A stretch of 61,065 nt of DNA, counting the filler. It is 6 parts of 6 records of this genome, joined end to end, with 100 filler letters (N's around TTAATTAATTAA, not from the genome) between each part and the next. Parts side by side here need not be neighbours in the genome. Positions count along the whole stretch, not along the records: positions 41,740 to 54,549 come from SRR31147125_14867; positions 54,650 to 61,065 come from SRR31147125_14870; 4 more parts are not named here. One strand, 5' to 3'. Of this stretch, positions 51,199 to 60,676 are shown piece by piece (within the stretch, counting starts at the first letter, position 1; the number at the start of each line of letters is the position of its first letter). The notes under the pieces were generated by a model. The model was not told where the DNA came from. It ran no database searches and saw only the letters and a list, made by a program, of their open reading frames with translations. Made by a program: the position numbers and the translations under genes.

Positions 51199-52200
51199 TT
51201 GGAGTTAATTTTGCGGAAATTACCAAATGCAAAAATCGTGGGAACTGGTCGGGCTGTTCCCACAAAAATTCTTTCAAATCAGGATTTGGAAAAGATAGTA
51301 GATACATCGGATGAGTGGATTCGTACGCGGACGGGTATGGAAATTCGTCATATTGCCACAAATGGTGAATTAACCTCTGACTTGTGTACAGAAGCTGCCC
51401 GGATTGCGCTGGACGAAGCTGGTCTTAAACCGGATGAACTTGATGCTGTAATTATTGCAACTGTTACCGGTGATGTTGGTTTTCCATCAACGGCATGTTA
51501 TGTTCAACAGAAATTGGGCGCCGTTAATGCTTTTGCTTATGACATTTCTGCCGCTTGCTCAGGCTTTATCTATGGCCTGGATATGGCTGACTCGTTAATC
51601 GCCACAGGTAAAGGGAAAAATATACTCGTTGTTGGTGGTGAAACGCTTTCAAAAATTGTGGATTACACGGATCGTGACACTTGTGTCCTGTTTGGTGACG
51701 GGGCTGGTGCTGCTGTGCTTGCACCAGCTAATGATGAAAAAGGTATTCTGGCAACTTATTTAAAGAGTGATGGCCGTCTGGAATATCTTTTAAATTTACC
51801 TGGCCTTGGAACGAAAAATCCACCTAGCTATGAAACTGTTGACCAGAAAATGAATTTTATCAAAATGGAAGGACGGGAAGTATTTAAATACGCTGTCACA
51901 GCTATGGGTGAGGCTGCTGAAAAAATATTGAAAATTTCAGATTTATCCAATGATGATGTCGATGTACTGATTACACATCAGGCAAACCTGAGAATTATCG
52001 ATGCAACAGCCAGACGTATTAAGGTTCCTTCTGAAAAAGTTTATGTAAATATTCATAAATATGGAAACACGTCTGCTGCTTCTATACCCATTGCATTGGA
52101 CGAAGCCAGAAAATCAGGTCGTTTACAGGAAGGACATTTGGCTGTTTTAGTGGCCTTTGGTGCCGGTTTTACGTGGGGCTCGACAGCTATTAGATTTTAG
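51199..52200 (+). CDS. fabH: Beta-ketoacyl-ACP synthase III
   Basis: DTSDEWIRTRTG, AACSGF, HQANLRII, YGNTSAASIP, FGAGFTWG; exact start uncertain. Confidence 0.96.
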   Translation: MELILRKLPNAKIVGTGRAVPTKILSNQDLEKIVDTSDEWIRTRTGMEIRHIATNGELTSDLCTEAARIALDEAGLKPDELDAVIIATVTGDVGFPSTACYVQQKLGAVNAFAYDISAACSGFIYGLDMADSLIATGKGKNILVVGGETLSKIVDYTDRDTCVLFGDGAGAAVLAPANDEKGILATYLKSDGRLEYLLNLPGLGTKNPPSYETVDQKMNFIKMEGREVFKYAVTAMGEAAEKILKISDLSNDDVDVLITHQANLRIIDATARRIKVPSEKVYVNIHKYGNTSAASIPIALDEARKSGRLQEGHLAVLVAFGAGFTWGSTAIRF

Positions 52201-52305
52201 AGTCACGTTTTTAGCAAAACCCGATAAACGTCGGTATAGATTTAATATTCAGGAACGTGATTTTTATTTGACTGAAAACAAAAGTCGAATTTTAGATATT
52301 TTAAG

Positions 52306-53259
52306 TTGACTGAAAGTAGTATAAAAGGTATAGATTTGAGCAAAACAGCATTTGTTTATCCAGGTCAGGGTTCCCAATCTGTAGGTATGGGACGAGATCT
52401 ATTTGAAGAATTTTCTGTCGCAAAAGATCGATATCGATTGGCAGACGAGATTTTGGGATACAATATATCTTATATTTCTTTTGACGGGCCTGATGATAAA
52501 CTCAAACAAACACAGTATACTCAGCCAGCTTTATATATACATAGTATGATCCTGCATGACATACTGGCCGAGCGCGGATTAAAACCGGATGTGGTTGCCG
52601 GTCATAGTTTAGGTGAATATTCTGCGGTCACTGCAGCTGGTGCACTCGATTTTGAACAGGGATTGTTACTGGTCAAGGTTCGGGGTGAGCTGATGCAGAA
52701 TGCAGCAAAGTATCAAAAAGGCACTATGGCTGCTATTATTGGTTTATCATTTGAAAAAGTTGAGCAGATATGTGAGGATGCTTCTGAACACGGTCTGGTT
52801 CAAATTGCAAATTTTAATTCACCTCTTCAAATAGTCATTTCAGGATCTGAAGATGGCGTGGATAAGGCAAGGGAATTAGCCGGAACAGAAGGTGCGAAAA
52901 GAGTTGTACCATTAAATGTGAGTGGTGCATTTCATTCACCTTTAATGGAACCTATTGTTAATGAATTTTCTAAAGCCTTGAACGAGGCTGATTTTAAGGA
53001 ACCAAAAGTTCCTGTATACACGAATGTAACGGCATTACCTGTTAGCCAAAAAGAGGTTATCCAACAGTTATTGGCAAAACAGCTGACAAGTCCTGTTTTG
53101 TGGACAAAATTAATTCAACAGATGATTGATGATGGCGTTACAACTTTTATTGAAATTGGTTCCGGAAGTGTCTTAAAGGGATTGATAAAGAAAATTGACA
53201 GATCGGTAAATGTTCTGACCATTAATGGTGTGAACGAATTAAAAGAGCTTTCTTTATAA
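52306..53259 (+). CDS. fabD: Malonyl-CoA-ACP transacylase
   Basis: YPGQGSQ, TQPAL, AGHSLGEYSA, VSGAFHS, EIGSG; start may be TTG 52336. Confidence 0.96.
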   Translation: MTESSIKGIDLSKTAFVYPGQGSQSVGMGRDLFEEFSVAKDRYRLADEILGYNISYISFDGPDDKLKQTQYTQPALYIHSMILHDILAERGLKPDVVAGHSLGEYSAVTAAGALDFEQGLLLVKVRGELMQNAAKYQKGTMAAIIGLSFEKVEQICEDASEHGLVQIANFNSPLQIVISGSEDGVDKARELAGTEGAKRVVPLNVSGAFHSPLMEPIVNEFSKALNEADFKEPKVPVYTNVTALPVSQKEVIQQLLAKQLTSPVLWTKLIQQMIDDGVTTFIEIGSGSVLKGLIKKIDRSVNVLTINGVNELKELSL

Positions 53260-53276
53260 TATAGAGGAGATAATAT

Positions 53277-54020
53277 TTGCAATTACTTGAAAATAAAGTG
53301 GCCGTAATAACAGGTGCTGCTCGTGGAATCGGCAAGGCTATTGCGCTAAAATTAGCTTCTTCAGGTTGTGATATTGTTATTTCGGATATTGATCTTGACA
53401 GTGCAAACGAGGTCGTAAAAGAGATCGAGGATATGGGTAACGCTGCTTTAGCTGTTCAGACGAATGTTGCCAAAATGGAAGATGCTGAGCAGTTGGTAAA
53501 ATCAAGCCTGGACAAGTTTGGCAAAATTGATATTCTTGTGAACAATGCAGGCATTACCAGAGATAATTTGCTCATGCGAATGAATGAATCTGAGTGGGAT
53601 GCTGTTATCTCTGTTAATTTAAAAGGAACGTTTAACTGCATTAAAGCGGCAACAAGAACACTCATGAAACAAAGAGCCGGAAAAATTGTCAATATTGCCT
53701 CAGTTGTTGGTGTGATGGGTAACGCTGGTCAGGCTAATTATTCCGCATCTAAAGCCGGTGTCATTGGTTTGACAAAGTCTGTTGCAAAAGAATTGGCTGC
53801 GAGAAATGTACAAGTCAATGCCGTAGCTCCAGGCTACATCCAAACCGAGATGACCCGGGATTTACCAGATGCCGCAAAAGACGCTTTTATGACAGTAATA
53901 CCCCTGAAAAGAGCTGGTTTGTCAGACGATGTTGCTAATGTTGTATATTTTTTGGCCAGTCCATTATCTGATTATGTAACCGGTCAGGTTATTAATGTGG
54001 ATGGCGGAATGGTAATGTAA
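53277..54020 (+). CDS. fabG: 3-oxoacyl-ACP reductase
   Basis: TGAARGIG, NNAGITRD, GNAGQANYSASKAG, VDGGMVM. Confidence 0.96.
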   Translation: MQLLENKVAVITGAARGIGKAIALKLASSGCDIVISDIDLDSANEVVKEIEDMGNAALAVQTNVAKMEDAEQLVKSSLDKFGKIDILVNNAGITRDNLLMRMNESEWDAVISVNLKGTFNCIKAATRTLMKQRAGKIVNIASVVGVMGNAGQANYSASKAGVIGLTKSVAKELAARNVQVNAVAPGYIQTEMTRDLPDAAKDAFMTVIPLKRAGLSDDVANVVYFLASPLSDYVTGQVINVDGGMVM

Positions 54021-54102
54021 TAACAGAGTGAATGAGGTTAAACATAGATAACACGAAAACAAAATTAACATTTAAATCAATAATGTTAGGAGGATTAGTA
54101 AA

Positions 54103-54336
54103 ATGGCAGTTGAAGATCGGGTAAAAGAGATTATCGTGGAGCAATTAGGTGTTGATGCAGGTGAAGTTACACCCGAAGCATCCTTCATCGATGATTTAGG
54201 TGCCGATTCTTTGGATACAGTCGAGCTTGTTATGGCTTTTGAAGAAGAATTTGGCCTTGAGATCCCTGACGAAGAAGCTGAAAAATTGACGTCAGTCGGT
54301 GAAGCACTCAATTACCTTAAAGGCCATTTAGGTTAA
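54103..54336 (+). CDS. acpP: Acyl carrier protein
   Basis: [29 protein letters not shown]. Confidence 0.97.
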   Translation: MAVEDRVKEIIVEQLGVDAGEVTPEASFIDDLGADSLDTVELVMAFEEEFGLEIPDEEAEKLTSVGEALNYLKGHLG

Positions 54337-54354
54337 TTCATCAAAGAATGACAT

Positions 54355-54391
54355 ATTTATAGGGGGGCAACCTGGTTGCCCCTTTATAAAT
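54355..54391 (+). terminator. Hairpin after acpP (terminator or attenuator)
   Basis: atttataggggggcaacc-t-ggttgcccctttataaat imperfect inverted repeat. Confidence 0.7.
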
Positions 54392-54549
54392 AATGTGTTT
54401 TTGTGCAGTGATTTTGTCAGCTGAGGCTGGATTAAAATCCAAAGATTGGCACGACAGGTAGTTAGTATGCGATCAACATCTAAATTTAACCTCAATCAAA
54501 AGAGTACCCGCCGTTTTCACTCCTTGCCGAGAAAAAATACTCGTTAAAA

Positions 54550-54649
54550 NNNNNNNNNNNNNNNNNNNNNNNNNNNNNNNNNNNNNNNNNNNNTTAATTA
54601 ATTAANNNNNNNNNNNNNNNNNNNNNNNNNNNNNNNNNNNNNNNNNNNN
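54550..54649. other. Artificial contig linker
   Basis: N44-TTAATTAATTAA-N44. Confidence 0.99.
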
Positions 54650-54799
54650 CTCTTTGATATATTCGTACCATATTGTCGGCTCGTTATATGTAAAAGCTAT
54701 GCCGATTGAGTCTGTATGTCTATTGGATATATCTAAAAGTTTTTGGACAGGAATATCTTTAAGTGGAGGTGTATGTTGCGAGATTTGCTGTTTAGTCAT
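54650..54799 (-). pseudogene. N-terminally truncated AmmeMemoRadiSam-type radical SAM enzyme fragment (runs off contig)
   Basis: ISQ...GIAFTYNEPTIWYEY matches the segment just after the CxxxCxxC motif of this family; no such motif upstream, in-frame TAA at 54809-54811. Confidence 0.65.
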
Positions 54800-54818
54800 A
54801 ACACTTCGTTAGTTCTGT

Positions 54819-55241
54819 CTAGAGAGTGGAAAAATTATACTTATGTAAAAGAATATCAGTTTCTGTTAAGCTCTTTTTTCGACCTATACAAAAAATCATT
54901 ACGGAGTCGCGCTTGTTTTTAGAATACAAAATAGCATAACCACATCTCTTAAGCATGATTTGAGTTTCTTTATAATCAAGTTTGAGGGCGAAGGCAAACT
55001 GAAGCATTTTATCACGCTCTGGTCTTTTTTCTTGTCGCAGTATTTCATATATATAGCCTGTATTAATATTAAGATACGAAGTAAAATCCTTTTTCTTTAG
55101 ACGCTTAGTTTTGAGCTGTTCTGAAATATATTGGCCAGGATGAATAGAGCTAAGATGGTGCTTATTCTCCTTAAAAAAAACATCAAAGTCTTTTGATGTT
55201 TCGAGTCTTTTCTCAATGACATCTGTAGATATTTCGTTCAT
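54819..55241 (-). CDS. XRE-like helix-turn-helix protein (Clostridia-type)
   Basis: YIYEILRQEKRPERDKMLQFAFALKLDYKETQIMLKRCGYAILYSKNKRDSVMIF; GGTGG RBS before ATG 55241. Confidence 0.82.
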   Translation of the reverse strand: MNEISTDVIEKRLETSKDFDVFFKENKHHLSSIHPGQYISEQLKTKRLKKKDFTSYLNINTGYIYEILRQEKRPERDKMLQFAFALKLDYKETQIMLKRCGYAILYSKNKRDSVMIFCIGRKKSLTETDILLHKYNFSTL

Positions 55242-55390
55242 AAAACCACCATAAAATATTATTATAGATAGTATAATGGTAATTTGTATAAAAAACAATA
55301 GTATTTAGTTATTTTGCATAACTATCTGATTATTTGATATGGTAAAATACTCAATGAAAAACTTAATTAAAACTATGAGATGGAGTTTCT

Positions 55391-57196
55391 ATGGGAGGAA
55401 ACAGTACAATGATTAACACTTATGGATTGGGTCAAGGGACAATGCTTAATAAACGCTATAAAATAGAAAATTTATTGGGCAATGGCGGTTTTAGCATTAC
55501 ATATATAGCGCACGATATTATTCTTGATATAAAAGTTGTCATTAAGGAATATGTGCCAAAAGATATTTTAACTAGAGAAAACGGCACAACCGAAATCATC
55601 TTAAAGTATGGAGAGTATCAAGATAATTTTGAAAAAGGTATTAAAGATTTTTTAGATGAGGCACGTACTCTTGCAAAATTAACATTCAATGAAAGTGTAG
55701 TGGGTGTCATTGATTATTTCCCTGAAAATAATACAGCATACATAGTTATGCAATATTGTGAAGGCATTACCCTTGAAGAGCATATAAGAAGTAATCATGA
55801 AAAAATTAGTGTAACGGATATATTTGAGTTGTTATTGCCCATTATTGAAACTATGTCGTTAATACATGCTAAAGAGATTATTCATAGGGATATTAGTCCG
55901 GACAATATATTAATCACGACAGAAGGAAATGCGGTTCTATTAGACTTTGGTATATGTGAGCCTGTTTGTGATGAAAAAAATGATTTAGATAATTTTAAGT
56001 TATCTTTAAAACATGGGTATTCGCCGCCTGAGCAATATATAAATCAAGGCATACAAGGATCCTGGACGGATGTGTACAGTATGGCGGCTACAATTTGGTA
56101 TTGCATAAATGAAAGGATACCACCACAATCTGCACAGAAACGTATGCATCATGATGAGTTAATAGACCAAATAATGCACAAAAAGGATATTCCCTTTTAT
56201 GTGAAAGAGGTGCTATGTAAAGCTTTAAGCTTGTGCAGCAAAGACAGATACCAGAGTATGAATACTTTTGCAAAAGCACTAAAAACATATAAACTGCCAT
56301 TATTACTAAGGTCTTTTTTAAAGGCAAGTGTTTTTGTGATGATATTTGCAGTAGGCTTGGTAATAGGCAGCTTATTTAATGTTAATCAAGCAAGTGGTAA
56401 AAAGGCAGTTGCGGAAGATGGCATAAAAGCAGATACTCAAAAGTTAAACTATTTGAGTGAAAACAGCACTGCTATGGCGCAAAGTAGTGATGCTGAGTCG
56501 AAAGACGTTTTTCTATCCGAAGATACAACGGAAGATGATGCAACAGAAAACACTCATACTGAATCTCCAGAATTATTAGAAAACAATAATATAATACCGA
56601 TTAACACAGAAGATGACCCGATTATACATTTTGATGATGACAATTTTGAAATGGCTATTCGTGAGGTTATTGGAATAACAAATGGAGACATTTTAAAGAA
56701 AGATGTTAATAGTATCAATGTATTGGATTTGAGAACGAGAAAGATCGAGAGTATTGAAGGGCTGCAATATTTTACAGGGCTGGAACGCTTAGATTTATCA
56801 GGTAACTTCATTGGGGACATGTCGCCGTTATCAGAATTAGCAAAATTGAATGCATTATTTATTGACAACAACCTTATATACGATATATCTCCTCTTGAAG
56901 ATTTAAGCTCTATGACCGAGCTGAATTTGTGTGACAATTATATAGTAGATATAACTGCTTTGGAAGAATTGAAAAATTTGACTTGGTTGGATTTACATAA
57001 TAATAATGTTGAAGATGTCAGTATCCTTCAAAGCCTGCCTAAATTAAAATGGCTTAATCTAGCAGGCAATAATGTAAAAAACCATTCTTGCCTGGCAAAC
57101 TGCCCAAGGATTGAAAGTCTATCGTTAGGTGAGATGGGAATCAGTGATTTTAGTGCATTCGAGAATCACCCAACATTACAACACTTACAAAGGTAG
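55391..57196 (+). CDS. Hanks-type Ser/Thr kinase - TM - internalin-like LRR receptor
   Basis: LGNGGFSITY, VVIKE, HRDISPDN, DFG, GYSPPEQY, DVYS; TM SVFVMIFAVGLVIGSLF; FDDDNFEMAIRE cap and 22-aa LxxLxLxxNxIxD repeats. Confidence 0.92.
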   Translation: MGGNSTMINTYGLGQGTMLNKRYKIENLLGNGGFSITYIAHDIILDIKVVIKEYVPKDILTRENGTTEIILKYGEYQDNFEKGIKDFLDEARTLAKLTFNESVVGVIDYFPENNTAYIVMQYCEGITLEEHIRSNHEKISVTDIFELLLPIIETMSLIHAKEIIHRDISPDNILITTEGNAVLLDFGICEPVCDEKNDLDNFKLSLKHGYSPPEQYINQGIQGSWTDVYSMAATIWYCINERIPPQSAQKRMHHDELIDQIMHKKDIPFYVKEVLCKALSLCSKDRYQSMNTFAKALKTYKLPLLLRSFLKASVFVMIFAVGLVIGSLFNVNQASGKKAVAEDGIKADTQKLNYLSENSTAMAQSSDAESKDVFLSEDTTEDDATENTHTESPELLENNNIIPINTEDDPIIHFDDDNFEMAIREVIGITNGDILKKDVNSINVLDLRTRKIESIEGLQYFTGLERLDLSGNFIGDMSPLSELAKLNALFIDNNLIYDISPLEDLSSMTELNLCDNYIVDITALEELKNLTWLDLHNNNVEDVSILQSLPKLKWLNLAGNNVKNHSCLANCPRIESLSLGEMGISDFSAFENHPTLQHLQR

Positions 57197-57305
57197 TAGC
57201 GTTATAAATTAGAATTTAATGTATTTTTACGCTGTCAGCATAACTATTCCGTAAATTGAAATGGTACAATAACATAAATTGAAATAAATGGAATGGAGGG
57301 AACGA

Positions 57306-57809
57306 ATGAGAAAATTGTCTATAATTTGTTTTTTAATACCTGTTATGTTTCTTGTTGTTAGCTGTAGAGGAAATACTGTCTATGGTAAGTTGATTGGACC
57401 TAATGGAAATCCAATGGAAAAAGCATCAATTGCAGTAAAAGAAATTGAAGAAATCCAAGCTGATTCAGCCTATGGAATTATTGATGCAAAGCCATTCACC
57501 AGAAATATGGGCGACGGTATTAATATGAATTTGGATGGGGATACATTTGATGATAATTATATAGTGGTAAAATCCGACACAGATGGAAAATTCACACTAT
57601 CAGAAATTGAAAACGGAACCTATATTATGATTATCACATATGACTTACCTTATGATTTTGTATCGGACGAACGTTTGGGATTGGAGTCTTATGACGGATT
57701 TGTAGCTTCATTGCCAGCTAAAGACTATCCAAGAGATAGAATTGTGCTTGTAAAGGAATTCGAACTTAAAGGGAAAGGACTTAAAGTCAAAATAGATATA
57801 TCAAAATAG
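57306..57809 (+). CDS. Lipoprotein with carboxypeptidase-regulatory-like (transthyretin-fold) domain
   Basis: GGAGG RBS; lipobox VVSC; VYGKLIGPNGNPMEKASI and SDTDGKFTLSEIENGTY. Confidence 0.72.
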   Translation: MRKLSIICFLIPVMFLVVSCRGNTVYGKLIGPNGNPMEKASIAVKEIEEIQADSAYGIIDAKPFTRNMGDGINMNLDGDTFDDNYIVVKSDTDGKFTLSEIENGTYIMIITYDLPYDFVSDERLGLESYDGFVASLPAKDYPRDRIVLVKEFELKGKGLKVKIDISK

Positions 57810-57982
57810 AAATAGTTAAGTATTGGTTTGAAAATGGAGATAGACAAATAAAGATTTTATATAGAACGAAGTATCATTATGGCAACCAAGATAACTGTAT
57901 AAAAGCAATTCCAAATTGGTAAAAAACACAAAATTGTTTCTATAAAGTGCAAACTAAAATGAATTTCATTAGCTAAGGAGGT

Positions 57983-59148
57983 ATGAAAATGAGTAATTCA
58001 CAATTATTTATGGCATGTAAAAATGGTGACTATCAAACATCAAAAAGCTTAGAACTTAACCCATCGACTATTAATATTACCGATGAGGATGGCAATACAC
58101 CCTTGATGTTTGCTGTGGAGTCACGAAACATAGAATTAATTAATCTATTGATTGACAAAGGTGCAGACGTAAGCAAAGCAAATAAAGTAGGCTATTGTCC
58201 ATTGGTTGTAGCTGTTATGAGTGAGAATACAAAGGCAGTTGAAGAGCTGTTAAATGCGGGTGCTGTTATAGATATGAATAATAATTGGATTGTTAAATGT
58301 ATTAATTATGCAGATAACAATGATTTTCATAAAATAAATAGATTGCTAAAAGAGCACAACGAAAGCAAAAAAACTGATGAAGAGATGAATTTATCAGAGA
58401 ATGAAAAGAACAAAATATATTTGAAGTTATTAGAATTGATAGAATCAGAAGAGATTAACGAGTTTACAAAACTATTTAAAACACATGAAAGTTGGATAAA
58501 TGTAAACAAAGAAATAGAAAATACATTTAGCGTTACAACATTACTGGCTGAATGCTGCGAAATTGAAAAATACGATTTAGCAAAGTTGTTATTAGAAAAA
58601 GGAGCAAATCCTAATCAAAAAACAGGAGATGTATGGACTCCTTTTTCATATGTTTTTAGTCCTAATGGCGGATGTGATGAAAAGTTAGTAAGGTTATATG
58701 TCGAAAATGGTGCTGATGTAGATGCACAAGATGGAGGTGGATTTACAGCTCTTATGTATTTTAGTTCATATGGAAATGAGGAAATGGTTAGATATATGCT
58801 TTCAAAAAGGCAAATAAGTACTTAACCAGCAACAATGGGTATGACGCTTTATCTTTAGCAGAGAGAGACAACCATGTTGGAGTAATTAAACTACTGAAAA
58901 ATCCGCCAAAAGCTAATATCCAAAACAATTCTGATGTTAGTAAAGATACGAAACCTCTTCCTAAAGGCATAAAGGTTGCTATGTGGGTGTTCTCTATTCT
59001 TGGTGGGTTAATTGGTTTGATTATTGCGGAACAAATTATTAAATCGCCAGTTTGGGATGATAAAAGCAAAAGTGCAAAGGTTGCCCGAAATATATGCATT
59101 GTTGTCATTATTATTTCTGCGTTTATCTTCTTTTTATCAAATTGTTAA
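57983..59148 (+). CDS. Ankyrin-repeat protein with two C-terminal TM helices (apparent frameshift at A5 58804-58808)
   Basis: GNTPLMFAV, LLIDKGADV, LLLEKGANPN, GFTALMY. The shifted frame continues ANKYLTSNNGYDALSLA..HVGVIKLLK and ends with two hydrophobic segments; stop at 59146-59148. Confidence 0.85.
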
Positions 59149-59181
59149 GCAAAAATATGCTAAATTACATAAGGATTAATC

Positions 59182-59571
59182 ATGGTGTATAACATACAAA
59201 AGCACTATTGGAGCGTTATTACGAGAAATAAGTGCTTAATCTTTTATATATTATTTATTATGATATTGGGCTTAAGTGGCTGCGGATCGCGAACGCCTGA
59301 AAAAAGTATAGAGGAGATTATTCTTGATCGTAGCAATAGTGATATGGAGATAATAATTGAATATCTTGAAAGTGGAGATAAAGAGAATCTTGATGAAGTG
59401 ATGAATCTATTTGCTTACATTAACGACGAAAAGGCGCTTAGAAACTATGTTATGTATGCAAAAAACAATTTTGATTTTTATGAGACTGATTACTTATTTG
59501 CAGAACAAGAATACAAAGAAGCGTATATGCTTTATTTAGGCACAGTTTTTGATGAAGTTGTAAAGATATAA
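59182..59571 (+). CDS. Putative lipoprotein
   Basis: AAGGA RBS; hydrophobic stretch and lipobox LSGC. Confidence 0.65.
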   Translation: MVYNIQKHYWSVITRNKCLIFYILFIMILGLSGCGSRTPEKSIEEIILDRSNSDMEIIIEYLESGDKENLDEVMNLFAYINDEKALRNYVMYAKNNFDFYETDYLFAEQEYKEAYMLYLGTVFDEVVKI

Positions 59572-59596
59572 AACAATATTAATTTCAGGAGGGAAT

Positions 59597-60676
59597 ATGA
59601 AAAGAGTAGTTATTTTATTAATTTTGGTTATGGTTTGTTGTATGACGTTTGCTGGATGCAGCGACGCAAAAGCAAATTTGGTTGAGGCTACAGCTGAGCC
59701 GATGGCTTCGCTAGAACCAACGCCAGAACCAACGCCAGAACCAACGCCGACACCGCTTGTTTTAGAGCAGGGATTTTTGGAAAATAAAGATACGCTTGTT
59801 GCAGGAAAACTAGTTACATTTGGGATAAGAGAAGATGGTACAATAGCTCATGCTGGAGATGCAGAAAATTATGATGTAAGTGATTGGGCAGATATAGAAG
59901 TGCTTGAAATGAGTAGAGGAGTTCTATATGGGTTAAAAGCAGATGGAACGGTTGTTACTACAGAAAGCAATTATAATGATACAGGTGAATGGAATGATAT
60001 AGTCTATGCCACGGCGGGGTTCAGAGACAATGTTGGTTTGAAATCTGACGGTACAGTTGTTATTGAAGGTGAGGAATGGTTTTATGATTTTGAATCGATA
60101 AGAGAATGGACGGATATTGTATCGATTGATGGCGGAATGATGCACCTTGTAGGTTTAAAATCAGATGGTACGGTAGTTTGGGCTGGAACGAACGAATATG
60201 ATCAGTGTAATGTTGATGATTGGACAGATATTGTAGCAATCAGTGCTGCTGGTTTTAATACAGTTGGATTGAAATCTGACGGTACAGTTGTTACCTCTGG
60301 GAACATTGTTATCAGGGATGGATTAGAAGGTAAATATGGAAAAGAAATCGATACGGAATCATGGACAGATGTAGTTGCTATCAGCTCTGGACTTGGCTGT
60401 ATTTTGGCACTAAAATCAGATGGAACTGTCTATGAATTTAGTGAACCAAACCCTGAAGGACACAAAGTAATGGAGTATTCCAGTCTTGACCATTTGGAAG
60501 AGATTGACTATGGGAACACGCAGGATTGGACAGATATTGTTAGTATATTTGCTGGAGAATATCACTCGGTTGCTATGAAAACGGATGGAACTATTGTTAT
60601 AGCAGGAAAAGTATACAGCGGAGAAGATGGGGCAACTCAATGGACAGATATTAAGATGCCGATGGAAATTGATTAA
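59597..60676 (+). CDS. Lipoprotein with PT linker and RCC1/BLIP-II-like beta-propeller repeats
   Basis: Lipobox FAGC; EPTPEPTPEPTPTP; about six to seven repeats of W.DIV.I..G..H.VGLKSDGTVV. Confidence 0.88.
   Translation: MKRVVILLILVMVCCMTFAGCSDAKANLVEATAEPMASLEPTPEPTPEPTPTPLVLEQGFLENKDTLVAGKLVTFGIREDGTIAHAGDAENYDVSDWADIEVLEMSRGVLYGLKADGTVVTTESNYNDTGEWNDIVYATAGFRDNVGLKSDGTVVIEGEEWFYDFESIREWTDIVSIDGGMMHLVGLKSDGTVVWAGTNEYDQCNVDDWTDIVAISAAGFNTVGLKSDGTVVTSGNIVIRDGLEGKYGKEIDTESWTDVVAISSGLGCILALKSDGTVYEFSEPNPEGHKVMEYSSLDHLEEIDYGNTQDWTDIVSIFAGEYHSVAMKTDGTIVIAGKVYSGEDGATQWTDIKMPMEID
59713..59748 (+). repeat. 12-bp tandem repeat x3 encoding an EPTP linker
   Basis: (agaaccaacgcc)3. Confidence 0.9.

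Noticed and set aside
13693-54649. Five identical TTAATTAATTAA motifs flanked by N runs, as a repeat family
   Set aside because: Exact 100-bp synthetic spacers with six-frame stops; gene content and composition change abruptly across each.
58788-59108. 106-aa minus-strand ORF filling the gap after the ankyrin gene
   Set aside because: The gap is explained by the frameshifted plus-strand ankyrin/TM continuation.
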